Assembly (NCBI RefSeq): GCF_006345805.1
Contig: NC_043001.1
Span: forward strand, 97,712,001 to 97,776,000
Source of the DNA: Octopus sinensis
Lineage: Eukaryota
Direction of reading: 5' to 3'
DNA: 64,000 nt
Part shown: positions 1 to 12,427 of the stretch, piece after piece
How the letters are laid out: every line of letters starts with the position of its first letter
Position numbering within the stretch: position 1 is the stretch's first letter
The notes under the pieces: generated by a model
What the model was told of the DNA's origin: nothing
Seen by the model: the letters and a program-made list of their open reading frames with translations, nothing else
The model's database searches: none
Program-made: the position numbers and the translations under genes

Positions 1-14
1 GTGCATGCATATGT

Positions 15-15
15 T

Positions 16-49
<34 letters not shown>

Positions 50-79
50 ATTATATATATAATATATATATATCTATAT

Positions 80-159
<80 letters not shown>

Positions 160-168
160 GTATATATG
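15..168. repeat. (AT)n microsatellite
   Basis: Near-pure tatata run. Confidence 0.95.
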
Positions 169-1749
169 TAGGCAGGTAGTTATGTAGGTAGGTATGTAAG
201 AAAATAGGTAGGTATATTATCTCTACAACATTTACACGCAGACGCAAGCGTGTACGTGTGTGTGTGTGTGTCTCTGTGTGTATGTGTGAATGCATCTAAT
301 CTTAAACTTTCATGTGAAATTAATTAAATCGGCAAACCTTCGAAGTGAAAATGAGGGGAGATCAAGGTACAAATAATTAAAGTGAGAGATAGAATACACG
401 GATGGAATAAGAGACAAGGAAAATAATAGTGAATATAAGTGGGAGCCATAAAAGGCTAAGATGTAAACGAAACCTGTAAGGGTTAACACATGTATCGGAG
501 AGTTGGCAGGGTAAAAAGGAAAGGAAACTACAGAGAGAAGTAAGGAAGGGTAATAATATTGACCAGACACTTTCACGTCACCACACCTCCAGCTATCTCA
601 TTCTCTCAATCGTACTCTATCAGGTTTCAAAGCTTTAGAAATAAACTAAATATCGACATGAATTGAATACTTCTTCGTAACAGTATCCTAAGATTTACTT
701 AACATCAAAAAGAAAGATATAATCTTAATTTTATTTTATCAAAAGTTGAGCAAAAGTGCTACACTCTTCTGGGAGATTATAAATATATGTATTGATGTAT
801 TTATGCAATTACGTATATGTGTATGTATATGAGTACGAATCCAAGTATATATGAGATGAAAAATAATAAACCTCAAGCGGTGTATAACTCAGAGTTGCAA
901 AAGTCTAGAACAGAGATATTCCTGTGTCAGCAGCCAATGTATCAAATTAGGAAGAAAATATTTCTTTCTTGTAGTGTCCTCTAAAATGTATGAGTTGAAA
1001 CTATTTTACCTGCGATTAATACAAAACTACAAAATATCTCTATATATGAGAATACAGCAATTGTTTGTCTGGTGAAAGTTTATATCATAAAATAATTTCA
1101 GAAATTTTATAATAAATTTTCTTTAAATTCTGATTTAATAGAAACATATTTAAAATATAAAACATTTTCCTGTAACTTATATTTTATTCAAGATTAAAAT
1201 ATATTTTGGTTGGCTTAATAACACTTGCATTTTGATCTTGTTTTGAATTGTACAAAAAGGGAGAGGGCTATAAATAGAGTTATCTCAATAATTATGCCCG
1301 ATATCCATTAACTGCTCAGTTAATTGATATTGATACATGGGGCAACTTTTCTCAGTCAGGGTTAACAAGAATGCATCTGCTAACTGAATCTGTTCTTCCA
1401 TGATCCACTGCCTCAATGTCATATTGCCCTATGTAAACCTTAACCACACTACTACAAAGAAAACCCAGTCTCCATGAAGGATTAAAGAAACATGTTGCAA
1501 ATACACACAGGCAATTCAGTGTGGAAAACTATACTTATCTGATTGCAAATATCCCCCAAAAAATCATCATAAAATCTAGTACCAGGTAGTCCAGATCCAT
1601 GCTGAGTTATTGACCTCGTATTGAAGCAAATGAACTGTTTAGCTGCTTCAATTTAAGTCATAAAAATGAAGCAACATCAGATATTGATTTCCACCGTATT
1701 AAGATGGGTTTTGCCTCTGCCAAATTATGTTTACACATTTTGGCACAGT

Positions 1750-1941
1750 GCCTGCAATTTGGAGAAAGGGAGTACGTCGATTATATCGGCCACAATTCTC
1801 AACAGGTAATTATTTTATTGACCCTGAAATGGTGAAAGGCAACTTCGACAACGGTGAAATTTTGAACTCAGCTCTTTAAAAAGTACGAAAGATACCTATA
1901 TACATTTTGCCCGGCATGCTAATGATTCTGCCAGCTCGCCG
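1750..1941 (-). mobile_element. Degenerate tRNA-headed SINE, family A
   Basis: Reverse strand starts gcggcgagctggcagaatcattagcatgccgggc, followed by a ...gagttcaaaatt... B-box. Matches the copies at 10889, 26249, 41833, 59671 and 61727. Confidence 0.8.
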
Positions 1942-2334
1942 CATATTACTCACCATTCTATTTTAGACAAACAAAAACAACTGTCCATAAAGCAAATAAT
2001 TAGAATTTCCAGAATGGCAGCTCTTTCAGGAACCATATACAGTAGTGCTGTTTCTGAGAATATACGCTGAAAATATTTACTTCTGCAAATTACATTGCAT
2101 TATGAAGAATATAGCTGAGAAGCTATCAGAGACATCACACTGATGACATTTCTGATGGGTATTTAAGGCAGATTTCCTTACCTTTTCCTATTATAATTGC
2201 CTTAAGAAAACAGGCAGAATGCAATTCACTTCTAAAGAGAGTTCTGGTCAGCGTAGAACGGGTTAAAACTGAACACGAACAAAGTTAAGTATAGATCAAC
2301 AATAGGCCTGCATGATATGATAAACAGGACCTGT

Positions 2335-2600
2335 ATGAGATCCATCACTACACATTATTGTTAAATTTTATGAAAGCAATTTTTGGAAACTGCAGCATTT
2401 AGCCAACTTCAAGATATCTTTCCAAAGCTGTCTGACATAGATCAAAGCAGTGCCATATAGGAACACATATGCAGGATGCTTGTTTGAAGAAAATTCTCAC
2501 GTGAAGCTTACCAAGAAGTAAAAAGTCAGCTTGTGACGAATTTGGATCAGGGGTTTCAATTTGGGGAGAAATTCCAAAGCAAGAACCGAACCAGTTTGAA
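2335..2600 (+). pseudogene. Highly decayed DNA-transposase fragment (possibly CMC/Chapaev3-like)
   Basis: Frame-hopping translation gives PSLHI..NFMKA..AFSQLQDIFPKLSD, reminiscent of the PPLHIKLG..NFVKA..FPKLS motif. Family assignment is from memory. Confidence 0.35.
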
Positions 2601-2771
2601 GGACTGTTGAAAAACCGATATGAGTTAGAATAAGAACAGTAATAAACGAGTGAAGAGCAAACATGCAGTGCGTGTATTTATCTGGCAAAAGAGAAACGAC
2701 CGTCTCGAAATACAACAATATTTTTTCGACACACGACTTCCCATCAGACATTGTAACACAAATTCATAAAC

Positions 2772-2932
<161 letters not shown>

Positions 2933-3715
2933 CATAATTAAGGATTTAGCAACAAGTTGTTTCACCACATACCGAAAATTTAGAAATAGCAGCCAAAAGA
3001 GAGTTATTTCTTTTCACTACAAAATATGACTCCACAGATAACAATGTCTGTAACTCACATAGGTAAAAAGAAGGAAAATAATGAAATCAAACAGTCTTCG
3101 ATTAATTATGGACGTGTTTCTGGATTACATTTATAAAAATTCACTTTCTTTGTCAACAAGATATTTCGAGAATTATAAATTTGAAAATGCTAGAAAACAT
3201 ACCCTTTGCACTTTTGACCAAACGCCATCAAAACATAACACAAGGCAGTCAGCATATCGATGAGTACGCTTAAATAAAAATGTAGTACCTTCTTCCAAGT
3301 GCACCAAAGTCTTTAGTCGTTGTGACATGTATCTAACTCTTCTATTTCATTATATTTTAATTATATTTATTACATTTTCATATTATAGCTAGCTCATTAT
3401 GTTTTACACAACCTCTCGTGGACTGATATCATTTCTATTTCAAAGTTTCATTCTTCCATCAGTGCCTAGTAGTTTTTCCCACCCAGCAAGTCGTAACGTC
3501 ATCCATTTCTCGATATTGTGTGGCTAAATGAGTAAATAATTTCATTTTAACTGCATCCATCGAAATATCTACGCTCTTATTGGAAGCATAGATACGTAGA
3601 ATGTTTGCACCAATATATTTTGCATAAGTTCCAATCTCAATTATATAATACCTCATTTAGATAAACTAAAATTTCACTGCTTATGTACAAATGAATGTGC
3701 GGATGAGATTGTGCT

Positions 3716-3746
<31 letters not shown>

Positions 3747-5127
3747 ACACATATTTATATATACTTATATGTATGTTTTTATACATATATATATATTTAT
3801 GAATATATGTATATATTGACTTGTGTTTACATACAGAAATATACATGTATATTATTTCATTTACATTTATATTTATACATACACATACAAACATACATAC
3901 GGACACAAACAAATATGCAGACAGACATAAGGACATACATACGTGTGTGTGTGCGTGTGTGTGCATATATTAGCGTTATTTTAAGTATAGCAGACCAATC
4001 GATCAGTAGACTTATCTTTATATGTAGTCGGCATTAACAGTTGTAGAAATTACAGGGTAATCAAAATTATAAAATGTCTGAGCATTACAATAAAATCAAT
4101 AAACTTTCATTTTCTGTTTTCATTGGCATAAAATTTGGCATTCTAATTATTTCTCTAGATTTATTTCAAAATCTTTGATATTTTCAATTATTGGTCGTTT
4201 TTCTTTACATCATTTACTTTTATATATTTATTATTTGTTTTATGTATTTTGTTTTTACATATCTCATTCTTTACTGATAAAAGAGTTTCCAACTGCGTGC
4301 GCCAACATAAATATGAAACAAAATTGAAACCAAACATATAAATATGGAAGAAACTAAAAACTATATCTCTCCTGCACCTGATATTTACACATTCTGTTCT
4401 ACATAACTCTTGTTCTCTTTATCCTTCTATACTTCTAGTCTTTCAGACTCTTCTAAGACATGTAATTACACAGCTCTTTCAATATTGAGTCTTTTATTAT
4501 AAAAATCAAGATTGAAACTATATTTGAGCGTGATGTGTTCCATTGCACTGATAATCGCCGCATGTGTCAGTGCACAGCGTTCTATTGTTCGTTAGCTTTT
4601 GGTTCTGTTTCAAGTAATTCTTTGTTTCTATATATTTAATATTCCACAATAAAACATATTTTACACAAGACCTTTGACGCCCCTTTGTATCAAAAGTTAA
4701 GATTCTTAAATTCTTTTAATACCTGCTGATAACAGTTCGTTTCTACAGCGGAAGTAGTATAGAGACACACACAGACACACATACAAACAAAAAGAAACAC
4801 ATGCGTACAAAACAAACACAAACAACACACAAACGCTCACACACACACACACATACAAACTTATTTTATTGCCAGTTGATGAAATTGAATTTTGTTGCAA
4901 GGATCGGGGCTTCTACTAAAATGTTTGAGTTTGCTACAGTGATAGCCGATACGGATGCGATGTGCACGAAATATTTAACTGTAAAGCAACAATTTAGCTT
5001 ACACTTTCCGAATACAGTTAACTCTGTTGGGGATGAATTCTATTGGAAAACACAGGTATGTATTCACATAACTATTATTCTCTAATTCTATATATCTATA
5101 TTTAAGCCTCTCTTTCTCTCATTCTCT

Positions 5128-5310
<183 letters not shown>

Positions 5311-5729
5311 TCTGTCTGTGTATCTATTTATTTAACTTTCTGTTTTTATATCTATATATCTACTTACCTACACATGTATCTATTTGATGTTTCTCTCTTT
5401 CATTAGTTTACTGACATCAGTCAGTAGACTACAGTAGAATTATAGCACATAGGTCAGATTTCGTTGTCATTTAAATTTACCTCAGTATTCCGTCTTGTAG
5501 CTTATGATATCGATTAATATTTTAGTACTTGTTACAATACACTAAGTTGAATTCCTAGAAATAATTACAGCCGTTTAAAAACACGGACACATAAATGCAA
5601 ACATACACCCACATACACAACTCACACATATAATTCTAAAATATTTAATCCATCATTATTAGACCGACAAATATATTTTGTTTCACATAGGTTTCATTGA
5701 GAATTAATGATAATGTCGTTCATGTTTTA

Positions 5730-6625
5730 TACCTTCTCAGCCTTATTCTTTGGGTAACTGACAAGAAGAAAGAGTTACATGTGTCATAATTATTCACGCC
5801 GGATATCAAAATGACGAGATCATGACTGCTACAACACGCCCTGTGAAAACTATAATTGATGTAATACGTAAAATGGAAGGCTGAATTAGAGACTGCGAAG
5901 CCATAGTGGGCAGGAAGGAACAGTGCAAGCATATTGAATGCGTCCGTATAACAGAGTTCGTCCAACAATTGTAGAAAAATTATGAAAGATCTGAGCAGGG
6001 AAATCAGGGGCTGTGTCGAGAGAGATGTGCATTTATTCGCCTTCATGAAACTGCGTCTGAATGACGAACAACATTACCGCTCGTACAAATGGCGCAATAG
6101 ATAAACTCTAACTGCCAAGTCCACAGAGAATCTCTTGAAGTGAAGAAGCTCCTAAAGAAGCTGTGGTATACCGATCAGCTGCGAATGATCTCATTCTTCT
6201 CAACTGAAAAAATCTTCTTTCAGAAGACTGTGGTCAAAACTTGGCTGCAGACAGTTGCTGCTGGAAAGCCATATGTATTTCAGTAGGATTTGCTTCCTTG
6301 TCATACTTAATTAAAGTGTCAGAAGTCGTTGTCGGAAAATTTCTACGACTGCGTCAGCTCCAATTTCGAACCTACTCATTTCCCTACTTCTAATATTATA
6401 GATTGTTATAAGAAAAAGACAAACTGGTCTGTGGCCGTGATTACGTAAGTGTTCAAAGATCTTCCCAAAGATATATTGATGAACGCATGTACCAGATTCG
6501 AGAGCCGCTTTGAGGTCATGTTTGAAGCTAAGTGTCTCTACTTTGAGTAAAATGCTGTACTTTTGTTTTCGATGAGATATTGTATTTTCTTTCCCGTTTA
6601 TGCAAACTAAATTAACCCGAATGTA
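5730..6625 (+). mobile_element. Decayed Tc1/mariner transposon, DD37D (maT)-like
   Basis: Plus-strand fragments VIIIHAGYQNDEIMT, FFSTEKIF (cf. FFSDEKNF), KTWLQTVAAGKPYVFQ*DLLPCH (cf. QQDSAPCH) and C-terminal VFKDLPKDILMNACTRFESRFEVMFEAKCLYFE* ending at 6550. Stops and frameshifts present. Confidence 0.8.
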
Positions 6626-6627
6626 TG

Positions 6628-6631
6628 CCTG

Positions 6632-6665
<34 letters not shown>

Positions 6666-6787
6666 TGTATGTATGTATGTATGTATGTATGTATGTATGA
6701 TGTATGTATGTATGTATGTATGTATGTATGTATATACACATACGTACATTCATGCATATCTGTATATATATATATATATATATATAT
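6628..6787. repeat. (TATG)n then (TA)n microsatellite
   Basis: Direct inspection. Confidence 0.95.
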
Positions 6788-6897
6788 GGCCTGCTCGCTT
6801 AGCCAACGGGGTGGCGTCATTCGAAGGCTAAAACAATGCGAACGTATTGTGACCAGCGATGTGTAACTACATCTGATGGACTGATCGGTCACGTGAT

Positions 6898-6938
<41 letters not shown>

Positions 6939-8399
6939 CTTTTAACATATATATTACGTGCTAATATACATAACGATATACATATGGGAATGCTAATACG
7001 ATGTCATAATGTAAACAAACATCACACATACACACACAAACACACATGCACACATATACACACTAATAAAAGAGAGTCACCTATAAATTTGCGTTGCATA
7101 TATAAATGAAAACAATAAGATACTTGTAAAATATAGAAAACTACGTTGCGTTTTGGTTTAGATGCCACATTACAAATAATAAGCAGAAAGAACTTTACTC
7201 GAATACTTATGATCTTCTACTTAGCGTGGATTACCATATTCCGGAGGATATCCTCTTATGGTGTGAGAAAGTTATTGTTGCACATATTTTTGATAATATT
7301 TCATAATTCTAGCATAATTTCTAGAGTTTGAAACCCTATAAAAATACCATAATTTTATAATCCCTGAGGCTCTGAAATTAATTAGTTCGCCCCATAATCC
7401 ACATATTTTGGCAGCTGCTTAATGCTTGGATGTTTCTCGTGGGAAAGCCTCAATTTCACTCTTTATCCCAATGTATCCCAATGTTCCAGTTCATTTTCAC
7501 TAAATTCAACTCTTCAGTGTCTGCAGAGGCTGACCATGCACGAAAATTTTAATCGATTCCAATTTCGTTTTTATCTCTCTTGACTCCCTTTTCTTCAGAA
7601 CTGCCTGATAGTAACTTCAGTCTCTACAAAAAAGTTATTCCCTAATTTTTGACGATTCATAGCGTTTTATCCTCAAGACATAAACTAAATATTGTAATCA
7701 GAAATCAATACAGTGAATTAAAGGATTTCTTCAGGTCAATAGATTACATCGCAAATTAGCTTGCTGTATTTACTTACGTTCTTTAAATTTTGATCAGATC
7801 ACGTCAAATTTGATTTTACCTTATTTCAAGGACAGTAAATGAAGTAACTCTCATATGTACAGATCGATAAAATCTCGAAGCATTAACCTTGTACAAATGT
7901 TAACTTTCAGTATCATTTAATGCGAGGAGCAAATTACTTCCCGATTCAGTAAAACGTTTACCTTCACCGCATAGCCACACATCAGTTTACACTCTCTCTT
8001 CAATTCGCACACTATCTGCTAATCTAATATTTCATTAAAACAGAGAGCGGCAGAAAGAAATCGTTATTCTTGGTTAATATTTTTACAGTAATTTATTTCT
8101 CTTTTGCGAGTCTATATTTGGAATGCCATATTCTTAGTCTGCAAATCGATCTAAATTGAAGTCAGTTGCCATTATTATTCATGGTTGAATCAGGCTTTCT
8201 TCAACGAATTCTATGATTAGATAAACCTTTTTAGAAAATCCTGAGGTAAATATATGCATGCATACATGCATACATATATACATATATATAGACATATGGA
8301 TATGTATACATACATACATACATACATACACACACACATACACAAATACACAAGTACACACAAATATATACATATATACATACACACAGATACATACAT

Positions 8400-8448
<49 letters not shown>

Positions 8449-8451
<3 letters not shown>

Positions 8452-8730
8452 GTGGTCTCATTAATGAGTAGCCGGACTGTAGCCATAGTAACGAAGCAAA
8501 CGCATAGTTTTAACGTTCTAGCTCACTTCCGCTGTTTACAGCAGTGCTTAGGAGGAATCTCTGTAGTGTGTGATCGTCACATTGGCCATGACAGCTAATG
8601 TTGAACAGAGAATCTGTTCAGAGGCCTACGCAAAGTTTTCAAGAAGTTTTATATCGTTCTCGACACACTTAAAAAGATCATGAGCAAATGAAACCTGACT
8701 ATTTTGGTCAGCTGAAAGCCGTTTTGGCCC
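8449..8730 (+). mobile_element. 5' end of a mariner-type transposon (TA + TIR + start of transposase)
   Basis: TA-cgtggtctcattaatgagtagccggact resembles a mariner TIR and abuts a (TA)n tract. atgacagctaatgttgaacagagaatctgt = MTANVEQRIC, like the mariner N-terminal EQR.CIKFC. Confidence 0.6.
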
Positions 8731-8760
8731 AAACTTGGCAGACACGCGTCTCACACCCAA

Positions 8761-8826
8761 ATCCTCTGATAACCTATATCCTCTGATAACTCATATCCTC
8801 TGATAACCCATATCCTCTGATAACCA
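8761..8826. repeat. 17-bp minisatellite, 4 copies
   Basis: atcctctgataacctat / atcctctgataactcat / atcctctgataacccat / atcctctgataaccaac. Confidence 0.9.
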
Positions 8827-9174
8827 ACACGTTGTGATTCGATGAATTCCCCTCACAGCAGTGTGAGTCAGTGAGCAGGGAACATCCCCTAGTTTGGCAG
8901 TCAATATTTGCATATTTGCTGTTCAATGTAGAGCCGTCCCATGAACTAGGAGAATATTGATGTGATAAGTCTGATAAATTGCTATGCCATTCGTTACTAA
9001 CTTTCTATCATTATTCACTTAGTATCTTACCTTGGTTTCATAGTCTCTGATGCAACTGTCCTCCTCAGGCTTGTTGCTTTGTATCTCCTTAGTGTGGATG
9101 GTTGTGCATGAGATGTTAATGTAATTGCAACATTATTTACATTATTTACATTTATCCTCATCTTGTTTGTTGTT

Positions 9175-9217
9175 AACACGTTTCGGTTGATATACCCTCC
9201 AGCCTTCATCAGATGTC
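9175..9217 (-). ncRNA. Degenerate type-I hammerhead ribozyme motif
   Basis: gacat CUGAUGA a GGCUG gaggguauau CAACC GAAAC guguu. One stem II mismatch and a 3-nt deletion relative to the second copy at 9725-9757. Confidence 0.55.
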
Positions 9218-9278
9218 TTGGGAAAATTTCGTACCTGGGTTCCCATTCCTAAGGTATTTTTCGATGTTACTATTATTA

Positions 9279-9328
<50 letters not shown>

Positions 9329-9408
9329 GTTGTTGTTGTTGTTGTTGTTGTTATTATTATTATCATTATTATTATTATTATTGTTGTTGTTGTTGTTGTT
9401 GTTGTGGT

Positions 9409-9648
<240 letters not shown>

Positions 9649-10797
9649 GCAGATCACTGCTTGGAATCCAAATCGGAATCTTGATGTTAGTAGATAGGCT
9701 GCGCTCTTAATCACTACAGCACATGGCTGGAGGGTATATCAGCCTAAACGTTGTGTTAACTACAAACAAGCTGAGGACATATATCCGTCAAATGTAAATA
9801 GTGTAAATTATGTAAATAATGTACGTAATTCCACATCTCTTAAATATAGAGCTGTATTATATAATTGCTGTTCACTCGTAACTTTGCTTGATGATCGGAG
9901 TAATTCTCATGTCTTAGTGTGTCTATTCTATATGTGCCTGTGAAGATTTGCCGCTGTTTTCTTATGACTGAATGTATTTGGTGTTCCTGTTTCAGAACTC
10001 TATTCACTAGATATGCAGATTTGTTGTGCTAATGGCGTATTGACGAAAATGAATGTACTACGCTACGAGCATTCCGTCTATTTGTTCGACCTCATCGGTA
10101 AGGTTCTAGTAAACGTTTACTGCATCTGGCAAGAGATTAAGATAATCCCCAAATTCCCCAAATGATACATATTTCTTTTATACAGGTAGATTATAATCCA
10201 TTATAGAATAAATATATTGGACAAAAACACACTAAATTTTCTAACATATCTCGTCCTCGCAGTTCAATTTCTTTAATCCGATTAACATCATTCGCTTCTC
10301 CTGAGCTACAATATTTCCAAAGAAGAAAATTTGGTTGGTTTTGTCACAACGTTACTCGTTGTACTATTTATATTTTCGAATCATATTTCTTCAAAAAGTA
10401 TTTTTTCTATATAGTATACAACCATTTCTATCTACAGTTTATATATGTGATTTGTGCATTGATTCATCTTAATAAAATTCATTTCGTTCACTTTGAGCCC
10501 CAGTAGGTAACGTGTGTGTTTATGTTACAGTTACAGCTGATGCCACCATCTTAATTAGCATTGATTTATGCTACGGCTAAGATATTATTATGACTTCAAA
10601 TATTGAAAGAGAAAAATACTAAAATATATAAACAGTTTGAAATAACTACAGATGCGCAATTATTTCAAATATAGATAGGATGGGCCCGCTGAGCAAACTG
10701 ACCACTTTCTTCTGGCAACGATTCAACAACTGACTTTCTTTCACGATCGGGGCTCAAGTTTCTTTAAAGGGCACTGTTGTAGCTGTCATTTCGCATA

Positions 10798-10862
<65 letters not shown>

Positions 10863-10888
10863 TAATAATAATAATAATAATAATAATA

Positions 10889-11077
10889 CTGGTTAAAAAA
10901 TTTTGCACAAAGCCAGCAATTTCGTAGGAGGGAGTATTTAAGTGTATCACTGGTACTTGTTTTATCGACCCCGAAAATGATGAGTGGCAAAGTTGACCGG
11001 CGGAATTTGAACTCAGAACGGACGAAATGCCGCCAAGCATTTTGAGCGATATGCTCACGATTCTACCAGATTGTCGC
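10889..11077 (-). mobile_element. SINE family A with (ATT)n tail
   Basis: tttatcgaccccgaaa..ggcggaatttgaactcagaacg core. Adjacent (AAT)n at 10797-10888 sits at its 3' end. Confidence 0.85.
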
Positions 11078-11289
11078 ATTTGTCCATTGCTAAGTGTTTT
11101 GTCTGAAGTTCTAATTTTTCGGCAACTAGCCATTAAATCACATGCCCTTAAATATCCTTTAACAATATCCGGCCGACGGGAGTTCGATTACATGATCCGT
11201 CTGAAAACCATTGTCTTAGAGTATCGTTACTTTTCCATCCTCCTGTATAGATTTACTTCGTATATTCTCATACGAGTTCTCTGTTACTT

Positions 11290-12290
11290 CATATTTACAA
11301 CATCAAAACTAATGAAGACACACACAAATCTTATCTTGTATTTTTTTGTGTGTAAAGCTCTCATATCCACATACCAAGTGGGTCACGTTTCCCACGCTCT
11401 TTCCACAGAGTCTGCATTTCTGGGTACCTGACGTTTTATAGACGTTATGATTCACTGAATTTGCAGCTGGAGCCTGGTCTTGCGCAGCAATGATCAGGCA
11501 TTCGGTGCTACGCTTCAATTTACCTCGCTCAAGTTATGCCCACGATTTTGTATTATCCTTAAAATCCTGGGTATTCCTTTCAGAGACTGCATTCTCATTC
11601 TTTTCACTTCTCTTCAGCTCTTTGGTTCAACTCGTCCTTGACCATCATTTCATCTGCAATTACGCCAATATCTTTCGCGGCATATTGCTGCAGGTCACTA
11701 TTTATCAAATACTCGGCAAGCGTTCTCCTTTCACTCCTTATACAATGGTCTATACTAATTAGTCCTCTGCAACGCCATCAATTTTTCGTCCTTCTGTCCA
11801 GTGTTGATATTTCCTCCTTACTCCATTTGAGGTTTGAGGATGGGACTATATAGTGCCAGATATAGACGCACTATGTCTGACACCGCAACCGGTTGTTATT
11901 GAGATCTTATCACTCTCTTCCTTTCTTTATATGTACATACACGTGCACATTTATGTATATACGTATACACGTATATACAAAAAACCCTTTTTTACCTTGT
12001 GTCGCCTCCATAACCAAAGTGTTTATCATAATCACTATTGTTCTACCTATAACATTTAAACATATCAGTAATACTATGTGTCCCATTATATTGCAGCACA
12101 TCTTTGTCACTATTTATCAAATATTCGGCAAGCGTTCATCCTTCACTCCTTATAACATGGTCTATACAAATTAGGCCTCTGCCACCATTCTTTCTCTTCA
12201 TATACAGCTCTTTACGTTCGCAGTCAACACTTAATTCTATCTTTTGCGCTCCCTGCATGAATGGTAATCTACATTCAATTCTATACTAAT
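11290..12290 (-). mobile_element. Two old fragments of an R4/Dong-type non-LTR retrotransposon
   Basis: Minus-strand translations LIIAAQDQA..KCRLCGKSVGNVTHLVCG (CCHC region) and ELYMKRKNGGRGLIC. A ~70-bp segment occurs twice (11690-11765 and 12100-12175). Confidence 0.75.
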
Positions 12291-12352
12291 TTTTAGTTCC
12301 TTTACTGGTCATTTCTTCTTCTTTTCTTCTTCTTCTTCTTCTTCTTCTTCTT

Positions 12353-12424
<72 letters not shown>

Positions 12425-12427
12425 GTT

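Noticed and set aside
2680-2730. gaga..tctc-gaaa hairpin resembling a hammerhead stem II
   Set aside because: No recognisable CUGANGA or UUGANAA core and no stem I.
6311-6892. 193-aa minus-strand ORF
   Set aside because: Half is microsatellite; the rest is the antisense of a decayed Tc1/mariner transposase on the plus strand.
8761-8826. Short regularly repeated unit, considered as a CRISPR-like array
   Set aside because: Head-to-tail 17-bp minisatellite with no unique spacers, in eukaryotic context and with no cas genes.
10040-10110. ccgatga-ggtc..gacg-gaat motif on the minus strand
   Set aside because: Three or more core or stem deviations; cannot be distinguished from chance by eye.
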